Shown: positions 17,126 to 25,432 of the stretch, piece after piece
Numbering within the stretch: the stretch's first letter is position 1
Layout of the letters: each line of letters begins with the position of its first letter
NCBI GenBank assembly: GCA_027593235.1
Contig: JAQCIU010000002.1
Span: 82,567 to 146,566, forward strand
DNA from: Chloroflexota bacterium
GTDB taxonomy: Bacteria > Chloroflexota > Dehalococcoidia > UBA2979
DNA length: 64,000 bases
Direction: 5' to 3'
Position numbers and translations under genes: made by a program
The notes under the pieces: model-generated
Told to the model about the DNA's origin: nothing
Database searches by the model: none
Seen by the model: the letters and a program-made list of their open reading frames with translations, nothing else

Positions 17126-19713
17126 TCGGCCTTCGTCTGCTGCGCCTGTTCGCGGAGCGCGAGCACCTCGACGGGCGTGGTTTCGAGGACGCCCGTCGCG
17201 CGGAGGGCGGCGATCTCCGCTTCGCTCTTTCCGAGGACGTCTCGGAGTACGTAGTCCGTGTGCTGGCCGAGGGTCGGCGCGGCGCGGCGGATCTCGCCCG
17301 GGGTGCGGCTGAAGCGCCAGGGGATCCCGCTCACGAGGTGCGGACCGACGGACTTGTGGTCAACGATCGGCCAGAAGCCGCGGGCCTGGAGATGCGGGTC
17401 GTCGACGACACGTCGATTTTCGGCGACGACGCCGGCGGCGATGCCGGCGGATTGCAGCTCGGACATCGCGAGATCACGGTGGCGCGTCTCGGTCCACGCG
17501 GTGATCGCGGCGTCGATCTCGTCGTGGCGGGAACGGCGGCCGACGAGTGTCTGGAGCGCGGGCGCCGCAGCGAGGTCGGGTTGGCCGATCGCGACGGCAA
17601 GGGCACGCCACTCCTCGGTGGATCCGACCGCGAGGGCGACCCACGCGTCTTCGCCGGCGCAGCGGTAGACGCCGCTGGGGGCCATGAACTCGTCGCGGTT
17701 ACCGATGCGCTGTGGCTCGTTGCCGGTCAGTTCGTACTCGACCACCTCGTCACCGAGCCAGCAGATCGCGGCCTCGCGCTGGGAGAGGTCGATGTAGCTG
17801 CCACGGCCGGTGCGGCGGCGGTGGTGGAGCGCGGTGAGGATGTAGCCGGTGGCATGGATCCCGGCGATCGGGTCGCCGTAGTTGATGCCTGACTTCATCG
17901 GGATGTCGCCGGGATAGCCGGTGCGACCGACGATGCCGCCGAGCTGTTCAATCGCGACGCCGTAGCCGACGTACTTGCCTTCCGGTCCGCCGTTGCCGCT
18001 GGGCGGCATGGAGATGAAGACGGTGTCCTCGCGGATGCTCTTGAGCACCTCGTAGCCGTAGCCCATGCGCTCGAAGACGCCTCCGCCGAAGTTCTCGACG
18101 ACCACGTCCGCCTTCGCGATCAGTTCGTGGAGGATGGCGCGGCCCTCGGGAGCGAGGATGTTCATGCAGAGGTCGAACTTGCCGCGGTTCAGCTTGTTGA
18201 AGTAGCCGTTGCGGTTCCAAGGCTCGTCGCCCGGATCGTCGTTGGCGTACATCCCGATCGGGCTGTTCGGGATCGCGATCGCCGCGCCGCGGACGGAGTC
18301 GAGGTGGCTGTTGACCTCGACCTTGATGACGGTGGCTCCGAGGTCGCCCATCAGCTTGGTGGCGTAGGGGCCGGCCCAGACCATCGAGAGATCGAGGATC
18401 GTCACGTCCTCCAGCGGACCGGCGCAGGTCATGTCCTCGTTGAGCGGGTCGGTCGGGCCGGCCAACGGGAAGACCCCGTTGGTGACCGGGGGCGCCTGCA
18501 CGGAGACCGGGTGCGGGCGGACCGGCGACTGCGCCTCGGGGGCCGGGGTGCCGTCGGTGGATGGCGGGCCGCCGGGGAGCGTCGCGAAGACCTCGGTGTC
18601 GTGCTCGCCGAGGAGGGGTGCGCGCCCAAGCGTCCAGAGGCCGTCGGTGAAGCGGGCGGCCATCGTGGGGTAGCGCGCGGGGCCGGCGACGGGGTGGTCG
18701 ATCTCCTGGAAGAAGTCGCGGTACTGGAGCTGCTCGGACTTGAAGAAGTCGGCTGGCGTCGCCACGAAGCCGAAGGGCATGCCGAGCGCCTGGGCGCGGT
18801 GGTAGATGTCCTCCTTCTCGTGGGTGACGAGGAAGGGGAGCATCAGGGCGTCGATCTCGTCGCGCAGGAAGCTGGCGGCACCGGGCGCGGAGAAGCGAGC
18901 GTCCGCGAGGGCTTCGCTCTCGACGAGCTGCGGGATCATCGCCCAGCGCCTCGGTGGTCCCGAGACGACCCCGACATAACCATCGGCGGCGGGGTAGACG
19001 CCCCAGGCGGCGCGGGAGCCGTTCCCGGAGCGCGGCCAGATGTCCCCGCGGTAGATCCAGACCATGTCGGTGAACTCGAGCAGCGAGGCGACGCACTCGT
19101 GGATCGAGACGTCGACATGCTGGCCGCGTCCCGAGGTGGCGCGCTCCCAGAGCGCGACGAGCGTGGCATCGAAGGCGTTGTGCCCGGCGCCGTACGCGCC
19201 GAGGTAGCCGCCGTTCTTCAGCGGCTCGCGATCGGGCTCGCCGGTGGTGTGCATCAGGCCACCGAGGGCGTAAGTGGTGATCTCCCAGGCGGCGAGATCG
19301 CTGTAGGGACCGTCCTGTCCGAAGTCGGTGATGGAGACGCAGATCAGGTTCGGGAACGCCGAGTTGAGCTCGTCGTAACCGAGGCCCCAGCGCGCCAGCG
19401 TTCCGGGGCGGTAGCCCTCGACGAGCACGTCGGCGTCAGCGAGCAGCTCCCGCAGCGCGCGGCGCCCGTCCTCGCTCTCCAGCTCGAGCGTGACGGAACG
19501 CTTGCCCTGGTTGAGGTAGAGCTGGAACGCACCGACCTCGATGTTGCCGTCTTTGCCTTCGGGGAACGGACCCCAGTGGCGGATCGGATCGCCGCCAGGG
19601 CGTTCGACCTTGATCACGTCGGCGCCGAAACCCGCGAGCATACGCGTGCACCACGGGCCGGAGATGTAGCTGCTGAGATCGACAACCTTGAGGCCGGTGA
19701 GCGGACCGTCCAC
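17122..19713 (-). CDS. Double-module family III CoA-transferase (second paralogue, ~863 aa)
   Basis: GTG at 19713 preceded by GGAGGA; the 937-aa ORF upstream extension is R/P-rich junk. Module 1: LKVVDLSSYISGPWCTRMLAGFGADVIKVERP...GPYSDLAAW...GRGQHVDVS. Pro-rich linker. Module 2: VTILDLSMVWAGPYATKLMGDLGATVIKVE...KYVGYGVAIEQLGG...GRGSYIDLS. Confidence 0.85.
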   Translation of the reverse strand: MDGPLTGLKVVDLSSYISGPWCTRMLAGFGADVIKVERPGGDPIRHWGPFPEGKDGNIEVGAFQLYLNQGKRSVTLELESEDGRRALRELLADADVLVEGYRPGTLARWGLGYDELNSAFPNLICVSITDFGQDGPYSDLAAWEITTYALGGLMHTTGEPDREPLKNGGYLGAYGAGHNAFDATLVALWERATSGRGQHVDVSIHECVASLLEFTDMVWIYRGDIWPRSGNGSRAAWGVYPAADGYVGVVSGPPRRWAMIPQLVESEALADARFSAPGAASFLRDEIDALMLPFLVTHEKEDIYHRAQALGMPFGFVATPADFFKSEQLQYRDFFQEIDHPVAGPARYPTMAARFTDGLWTLGRAPLLGEHDTEVFATLPGGPPSTDGTPAPEAQSPVRPHPVSVQAPPVTNGVFPLAGPTDPLNEDMTCAGPLEDVTILDLSMVWAGPYATKLMGDLGATVIKVEVNSHLDSVRGAAIAIPNSPIGMYANDDPGDEPWNRNGYFNKLNRGKFDLCMNILAPEGRAILHELIAKADVVVENFGGGVFERMGYGYEVLKSIREDTVFISMPPSGNGGPEGKYVGYGVAIEQLGGIVGRTGYPGDIPMKSGINYGDPIAGIHATGYILTALHHRRRTGRGSYIDLSQREAAICWLGDEVVEYELTGNEPQRIGNRDEFMAPSGVYRCAGEDAWVALAVGSTEEWRALAVAIGQPDLAAAPALQTLVGRRSRHDEIDAAITAWTETRHRDLAMSELQSAGIAAGVVAENRRVVDDPHLQARGFWPIVDHKSVGPHLVSGIPWRFSRTPGEIRRAAPTLGQHTDYVLRDVLGKSEAEIAALRATGVLETTPVEVLALREQAQQTKAD

Positions 19714-19950
19714 GGATCCTCCTCGGAGCCTGCACCCGGTGAACACCGCTGTGGCGGGGGGGGGAGGCGGGGACACGATAGCGGACCTGACGCCGGCGAG
19801 AGAGTGTTGACGCCGCCGGTTGGTGCTCCGCGCACACGGCGCTGCTCGCGGACTGGATTCGCACCCCTCGAAATGTCGATGCTGGATCACGGGACCGTCA
19901 GGTGACGGTGTACGGTCGGCACGAGAATCGGCCATGCATGAGGTGGGGCG

Positions 19951-21003
19951 ATGAAACGACTGGTGGTTTGTTGCGATGGCACCTGGAACAGCGACGACGC
20001 GAAGAATCCAACGAATGTCGTCAAGCTATATCGAGCGATTGTGCTGCAGGACGGGAACGTCCCGCAGATTCCCTGGTACGACCCGGGGGTGGGCACTGAG
20101 AACCGACTGAGTCGTGCGATCGGTGGCGTCACCGGCCTCGGTCTGACGCAGAACGTCGAGGATGCGTACCGCTTCCTGATCCGGAACTACGAGCCCGGCG
20201 ACGAGGTTTATCTGTTCGGCTTCAGCCGCGGGGCGTATACCGCGCGCAGCCTGGGTGGGCTGATCCGCAACAGCGGGATCTTGCGTCGCGACTACGAGGC
20301 GCGCGTCAGCCAGGCGATCAAGCTGTACCGCGACCGCAAACGCGATCCGTACCACCCGGCCGTGGTGCGGTTCCGCGGGGACTTTTCGCACCCGGACTTC
20401 CGGTTGAAGCTGATCGGTGTGTGGGACACCGTTGGTGCGCTGGGCATCCCCGGCAACGTTTTCACGAAGCTGAACCAACACTTGAACAGCTTCCACGACG
20501 TGAAGCTGAGCCGGAGCGTCGAGTTTGGGTACCAGGCGCTGGCGGTCGATGAGCATCGTCGGGCGTTCTCGGCAGCGCTCTGGGAGGTACAGGACGATCC
20601 GACGGCGACCGCGGGGAACATCGGGTCGCTTGGTGGATCGCAGGTCGTGGAGCAGGTCTGGTTCGCGGGGGCGCATTCGGACGTCGGTGGGGGGTACTCC
20701 GATCACCGGCTGTCGGACGCCGCGCTGACATGGATGTTGGAACGGGTCGCGGCAGCGGGGCTGGCGCTGAAATCGGATGCGATCCCCGGTGACGTCGGCG
20801 CCCACGACGCGCGCATCCACAACTCACGCAGCGGCATCTTCCAGTACCTCCCCGGGATCGACCGCGAGGTGGGCAAGCAGGCCGTCGAGGACGTGCACGA
20901 GACCGTACAGGAGCGTGTGCGCTCCTCGGACTATGCGCCGAAGGGGCTGCGGGAGTCGCGGTTCTGGGCGGCGCTGAGAGGCGGGAGTGATGGCACGCAT
21001 TGA
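19951..21003 (+). CDS. DUF2235 / Tle1-like alpha/beta-hydrolase (putative phospholipase)
   Basis: MKRLVVCCDGTWNS, PTNVVKLY, WYDPGVGT, LFGFSRGAYTARSL (GxSxG), GVWDTVGALG and FAGAHSDVGGGY form the full DUF2235 pattern. RBS GAGGTGGGG. No N-terminal hydrophobic signal. Confidence 0.8.
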   Translation: MKRLVVCCDGTWNSDDAKNPTNVVKLYRAIVLQDGNVPQIPWYDPGVGTENRLSRAIGGVTGLGLTQNVEDAYRFLIRNYEPGDEVYLFGFSRGAYTARSLGGLIRNSGILRRDYEARVSQAIKLYRDRKRDPYHPAVVRFRGDFSHPDFRLKLIGVWDTVGALGIPGNVFTKLNQHLNSFHDVKLSRSVEFGYQALAVDEHRRAFSAALWEVQDDPTATAGNIGSLGGSQVVEQVWFAGAHSDVGGGYSDHRLSDAALTWMLERVAAAGLALKSDAIPGDVGAHDARIHNSRSGIFQYLPGIDREVGKQAVEDVHETVQERVRSSDYAPKGLRESRFWAALRGGSDGTH

Positions 21004-21934
21004 GGTGCTGAACCCGTTCCGCGCGGCGGCGACGGTGACGTCCTCGTCGCTGCAGGGTCACCACGTGCCGTACGGCGGGACGATGTCCTGCGACATGGAC
21101 GTGGACACGCCGAGCCGCGGCACACCCGTCTTCTTCCGGCTGGCGACCAACGGCCCGGCGTTGCGGGGCCGGGTCGAAAGTGTGCGTCCCGCCTGCGCCA
21201 GCAAGCAGGCCGAGGACGGCGGGTTCGTGGTCGTGATCGCGCTGGAGCGCGATAGCGGCGAAGCGACCGGCCTGCGGATGGCTTACGCGCACCTCGATCC
21301 GCTAGCGGTCGCGGTGGGGGATCTGCTCGACGCGAGCGGGACGCTACTTGGCGCGCTCGGGCCGGATCAGCCTCAGGACTGGGGCCCCGAGCGCGGGCTG
21401 AGCGGGCACGAGCATCCGCCCGAGGATCCGCGGCGCGCCGAGTACCACTCGCGCTGCGCGCAGCACTCGCACCTCCACCTCGAGGGATTTGGTGCGGACG
21501 CGGTACTCCGCGCGCGCGGCCGGCCGGGCAACGACGAGGCGCTGGTGTCGTTCACCGCAGCGGGCGAGCTGACGGAGACCGAGGTGGTGGTCGAAGCGGC
21601 GTCCTCGATTGCGACGCATACCGAGGCGACGGCGTCCGTCGTCGTGGAAGCGCAGCCGGGGACCTACGTGGTGCAGGCGGGCGATTCGCTACTGGAGATC
21701 GCAGCCAAGCTCGGCATCCCGCTGGCCTCGCTGGTCGCGGCGAACGCAGGGTTGGTCGAGCCCGGCGACGAGCTGGTGGTACCGGGTCAGGTGTACGTCG
21801 TGCGGCCTCGGGACACGCTCGCGGAGATCGCGTCCCGTTTCAGCGTGGGGCTGGCGGCGCTGGTCGAGGTCAACGGGATCGTGAACGCGAACCTGATCGA
21901 GGTTGGCCAGGTGCTCGCGATTCCTCGGTCGTAG
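20987..21934 (+). CDS. LysM-domain protein with M23/LAS-like N-terminal domain (putative peptidoglycan hydrolase)
   Basis: The start (GTG 20987 / ATG 20990) lies inside the last 17 nt of the DUF2235 gene. Two C-terminal LysM repeats (TYVVQAGDSLLEIAAKLGIPLASLVAANAGL; VYVVRPRDTLAEIASRFSVGLAALVEVNGI). N-terminal AYAHLDP..VAVGD...GTLLGALG and HSHLHLEG resemble the M23 core and HxH motif. The first HxxxD motif is not evident. Confidence 0.7.
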   Translation: MMARIEVLNPFRAAATVTSSSLQGHHVPYGGTMSCDMDVDTPSRGTPVFFRLATNGPALRGRVESVRPACASKQAEDGGFVVVIALERDSGEATGLRMAYAHLDPLAVAVGDLLDASGTLLGALGPDQPQDWGPERGLSGHEHPPEDPRRAEYHSRCAQHSHLHLEGFGADAVLRARGRPGNDEALVSFTAAGELTETEVVVEAASSIATHTEATASVVVEAQPGTYVVQAGDSLLEIAAKLGIPLASLVAANAGLVEPGDELVVPGQVYVVRPRDTLAEIASRFSVGLAALVEVNGIVNANLIEVGQVLAIPRS

Positions 21935-22151
21935 CGCCGCTCTCGAGGCGCGTGAGGGTCAATCGCGCGGCGCGGAGCATTCCGGTCCGCGAAAAGGCTC
22001 CGCGCGCCTTGTCGCTGGCTGCGACGGCGCCGAGGAACCACCCGGACACGGGAACGCCGCGGAACGCCGCGGCAAGCACGCTTGCGAAGCGCTCGGCGTC
22101 CGCTGGGAGCGCTGGGCGGATCAGGGTGGCCGGTCCGGCGGATGAAGACAT
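21870..22151 (-). pseudogene. Possible truncated GNAT acetyltransferase remnant
   Basis: From the ATG at 22151, the 3' end of the spurious 738-aa ORF reads MSSSAGPATLIRPALPADAERFASVLAAAFRGVPVSGWFLG... This is a typical GNAT N-terminus. It then degenerates and runs into the LysM gene 3' end. No good RBS. Confidence 0.25.
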
Positions 22152-22310
22152 TGGTAATCCTGGGAAGAGCCACCCGGGGGCCGGGGATCGTAGCTTAGGT
22201 GAGTCGCTCGCCCTCGGGCCGTGAGGTGCCGTCTGGCTTTGGCGCTGCGATCGTGGATCCGAGGGCTCGTCGCCGGGTGGTGGCGAGGGTAGCCGGCAGG
22301 CGGCTGACCA

Positions 22311-22985
22311 GTGTTGCAGATGCCACCGAAACGGCTGATTGTCGTCGGCGCGATCCTGCTCGTAGTGATCGTGATTGCGCAGACGCAGTTGCGGGTCTCG
22401 CTGGACGACATCCAGTCCGCGGTCGATCGCGCTGGTGTGCTTGCGCCGATCGTCTATGCCGTGGTGCTGTTCCTCGGACTCTCGGTGCCGTTCAACCCCG
22501 TCTCGGATGTGGCGACGGTCAACGTCGCGGCGCTGGTCTTCGAGCCGGAGGTCGCGATCGTCGCGACGATCGCTGCTCAGTCCGTTTCGCTGACTGTGAA
22601 TTACTTCATCGCCCGCCGGTTCGGGCACGTGCTGCTGAGGTTGGCGACCGGGCGTGGCCGGATCGATATCGTCACACGCCTTGAGCAGCGAATCAGCTAC
22701 CGCACGGTCTTCCTCACGCGCTTTCTGTTGCCACTGACCGCGATCGGTGTCGACTTCATCAGTTACCTGGCCGGGATGCGACGGCTCGGGTTCTGGTCGT
22801 TCTTCGTGGCCAGCATCGTGCCGTGGATCCTGCTCGATCTCGTCTACTTCTACTCGACGGCCTATCTGAAGGATCGGTCGCTGCTGTTGTTTTTCGTGCC
22901 CGCCGTCGCGTTGATCTTCGGGCCGGGCGCGCTGGTGCTGGCGTGGCGTCGGTGGCGCGGCCGCCGAGCGGCCGAAGGGGCCTGA
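22311..22985 (+). CDS. TVP38/TMEM64 (DedA-related, VTT-domain) family membrane protein
   Basis: Five to six hydrophobic segments. The NYFIARRFG motif and overall layout are typical of the family. Start is GTG 22311 or ATG 22320. Confidence 0.6.
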   Translation: MLQMPPKRLIVVGAILLVVIVIAQTQLRVSLDDIQSAVDRAGVLAPIVYAVVLFLGLSVPFNPVSDVATVNVAALVFEPEVAIVATIAAQSVSLTVNYFIARRFGHVLLRLATGRGRIDIVTRLEQRISYRTVFLTRFLLPLTAIGVDFISYLAGMRRLGFWSFFVASIVPWILLDLVYFYSTAYLKDRSLLLFFVPAVALIFGPGALVLAWRRWRGRRAAEGA

Positions 22986-23075
22986 GACCCTTCGCCAGCC
23001 CTCGTGGGGATCGCTAGTCTGCGGCGTGGGCGCGCGGCGCGGCCCGATGCGGACGAAACGAGCGAGGGGGACACG

Positions 23076-24209
23076 ATGGTCGATGGACTGGGTGCGCTGG
23101 GTGGCGGGCTGGGGATGTTGCCGTTGCTGTCGAATGCGCGGACACGCTCGATTTCCGCCGAGAACCCCGATGGAGCGGCTGGCGGCGGCGGCCGCGCGGA
23201 ACCGAACCCGGAGGGACCGGGGAGACGTCTCGGCAAGGGCTGGAAGTCGCGGCCGTACCTGACACTGCTGGCCGGCTCGACGACGACGCTGGCGGAGATC
23301 GACGGACCGGGCGTGATCCAGCACATCTGGATCACGGTGGAGAGCGCCGCCTTCCGGAGCTGCATCCTCCGCATGTACTGGGACGACGAGGAGACGCCAT
23401 CCGTCGAGGTGCCAGTGGGGGACTTCTTCGCGAACAGCCACGGGCTGCGATATGACGTGTCGTCGATCCCGGTGGCCGTCAATCCGCAGGGCGGTTTCAA
23501 CTGCTACTGGCCGATGCCGTTCCGCAAGAAGGCGCGCATCACGGTGGAAAACCAGCTCGGCTCCGAGATCCGGGCGTGGTTCTTCCAGATCGATTACGCG
23601 CTGGATGAGGTGCCGGCGGACGCGGCTTACTTCCACGCACAGTGGCGTCAGTCGATGACGACGCGGGAGCACCCGGAGCACACGATTCTGGATGGCGTCG
23701 AGGGCCGCGGTCACTACGTGGGCACCGCGCTCGGCTGGACGCAGATGTCCGATGGTTGGTGGGGCGATGGCGAGGTCAAGTTCTTCATGGACGGGGACGA
23801 CGAGTACCCGACGATCTGCGGCACCGGGACGGAGGACTACTTCGGCGGCGCGTGGGCGTTCGGCGACACGTACTCCACGCCGTTCCTCGGCTACCCGTTG
23901 TGGAGCCGAGAGCCGGGGGAGGTGCCGAAGCACGGCCTGTACCGCTGGCACGTACTGGATCCGATCCGGTTCCAGGAAGAACTGCGGGTCACAATCCAGG
24001 CGCTCGGCTGGTACCCCGATCGGTCGTACCAACCGCTGACCGACGAACTGGCCTCGGTGGCGTACTGGTACCAACTCGAGCCGCATGGGGCGTTCCCACT
24101 GCTGCCCGCGGCCGAGCAGCGGTTATCCCGCATCAGCGCGGCGTTGGGACGGCGGGCGCCAGCGATCGAGGGCCGGCCCTCGGGACCGCCGCCGTGGGCA
24201 CCTCGGTAG
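23076..24209 (+). CDS. DUF2961 / GH172-like family protein
   Basis: ATG 23076 preceded by GAGGGGGA. SISAENPDGAAGGGGRA...LGKGWKSRPY...TLAEIDGPGVIQHIWITV...GDGEVKFFMDGD...GTGTEDYFGGAW matches the DUF2961 pattern. Confidence 0.75.
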   Translation: MVDGLGALGGGLGMLPLLSNARTRSISAENPDGAAGGGGRAEPNPEGPGRRLGKGWKSRPYLTLLAGSTTTLAEIDGPGVIQHIWITVESAAFRSCILRMYWDDEETPSVEVPVGDFFANSHGLRYDVSSIPVAVNPQGGFNCYWPMPFRKKARITVENQLGSEIRAWFFQIDYALDEVPADAAYFHAQWRQSMTTREHPEHTILDGVEGRGHYVGTALGWTQMSDGWWGDGEVKFFMDGDDEYPTICGTGTEDYFGGAWAFGDTYSTPFLGYPLWSREPGEVPKHGLYRWHVLDPIRFQEELRVTIQALGWYPDRSYQPLTDELASVAYWYQLEPHGAFPLLPAAEQRLSRISAALGRRAPAIEGRPSGPPPWAPR

Positions 24210-24214
24210 CGGCG

Positions 24215-25276
24215 CTAGGAGTCGGTGCCGTCCTGCGTGGCGTCGGCCGCAAGCAGGTTGGCGGCGGGGTAGCGCTGCTGGAAGAAGTCCCAGGTGGCCT
24301 TCGAGAGCTGCTGCCCCAGCAGGACGTCGCCGTACTTGGTCGGGACGTGCTGGGAGAAGAAGGAGACCGCGTAGGCACGTTGCTCGCCGTCCTGCTCAAA
24401 GCGGACGATACCGATGTCGTTGTCGACCCACTTCCCGGAGTCGGTCGGGAGGAATCCGTTCTTGTGGCTGACGGGGACCTCGGGACCGACGGCGAGCAGG
24501 TAGTTGAGGCCGTCCTTCACCCCCGTCATCTTCTCGAGGAGGTAGTCGCGCCACTCGTCGTCGAGGATGCCGTCGGCATAGCTGGCGCGCAGTGCCTCGT
24601 TCATCGCCGCGGCGGTGATGTAGTTGTTGCGGTCGACGCCCAGCGAGTCGTGCGCGTAAAGCGGCGGGTCGTCGAAGACCGCGCCGTCGCCGGCCAACCC
24701 CTCGATCAGTGCGGCGACGCGCTCGAGGCCGGCGATCACGTCGCCGTCGCCCGCGAGGCGGTACAGCTCACGGGCGGTCACCGGGTTGCTGGTGCGAATC
24801 GTCGCCGCGATCAGATCCCCGACCGCTGATTCCTCGATCCGTCCGTCCTGCACGTCGATCGTCGATTGCAGCAGCACGAAGTAGTTGACGGTGCAGCCAG
24901 TGAGCTGCGGCCGATCGAGGTTCACACCGACGCTTTCGCCGGTCTGCATGTCGGTGACAGCGAAGGCGAACTCGCCTGGACTCGCGTAGGCGTCGGCGAG
25001 CGTGTTGAGCGATTCTTCGAGCACCGACAGATCGAACCCGGGATCGAAGATCGGGAGCTCGGGGACGGGCATTGCCGTAGGGGAGGCGGCAGGCGCGGTG
25101 GGAGTAGGCGTTGCGACCGCCGGAGGCGCGGTCGCCGACGCACCGGCAGTCGAGGAAGCGCCGGCGGCGCTTGTGCCGTTGACCGGCGTCGGGCTGGCGT
25201 CGGGACTGCTGCACGCGATCAGGAATGCGCCGGCGACGAGCAGCGGCAGCAGCACAGAGAGAGTTCTGTGTGTCAT
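24215..25276 (-). CDS. Lipoprotein with class A beta-lactamase-like (serine-hydrolase-fold) domain, atypical active-site motifs
   Basis: Signal peptide plus lipobox LLVAGAFLIAC-SS, then an Ala/Thr/Pro linker. The domain has GCTVN where SxxK is expected, TSNP where SDN is expected, and HKNG where KTG is expected. Confidence 0.6.
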   Translation of the reverse strand: MTHRTLSVLLPLLVAGAFLIACSSPDASPTPVNGTSAAGASSTAGASATAPPAVATPTPTAPAASPTAMPVPELPIFDPGFDLSVLEESLNTLADAYASPGEFAFAVTDMQTGESVGVNLDRPQLTGCTVNYFVLLQSTIDVQDGRIEESAVGDLIAATIRTSNPVTARELYRLAGDGDVIAGLERVAALIEGLAGDGAVFDDPPLYAHDSLGVDRNNYITAAAMNEALRASYADGILDDEWRDYLLEKMTGVKDGLNYLLAVGPEVPVSHKNGFLPTDSGKWVDNDIGIVRFEQDGEQRAYAVSFFSQHVPTKYGDVLLGQQLSKATWDFFQQRYPAANLLAADATQDGTDS

Positions 25277-25432
25277 GCGTTGAGCGTCGGCGCGAACAGC
25301 GGTGTAGTCCAGCAGGTGGTTCCCTCGAGCTTGCAGTCATAACGACCGAGCACGAGGGGGAGGTTCCCGAGGGGCCACGCCGGCGGCTGGCGCCCTCGGA
25401 AGTGGGTTGGCCCGGTCGGCGACGGGCGGGCG

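Noticed and set aside
19714-19935. N-terminal 74-codon extension of the second CoA-transferase ORF (MADSRADRTPSPDG...).
   Set aside because: The extension is R/P/S-rich and has no similarity to the family. An in-frame GTG at 19713 sits 6 nt after GGAGGA and immediately precedes the conserved module start.
19951-21003. Interpreting the DUF2235 protein as a canonical T6SS Tle1 effector.
   Set aside because: There are no VgrG/Hcp/PAAR, Tli-type immunity or other T6SS genes in the window. The inferred lineage is not known to carry T6SS, so only the fold/family call is kept.
21870-24086. 738-aa minus-strand ORF spanning the TVP38-like and GH172-like genes.
   Set aside because: It is antisense to two well-supported plus-strand genes and compositionally artefactual. 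Only its last ~90 codons (the GNAT-like fragment) were retained, as a low-confidence pseudogene.
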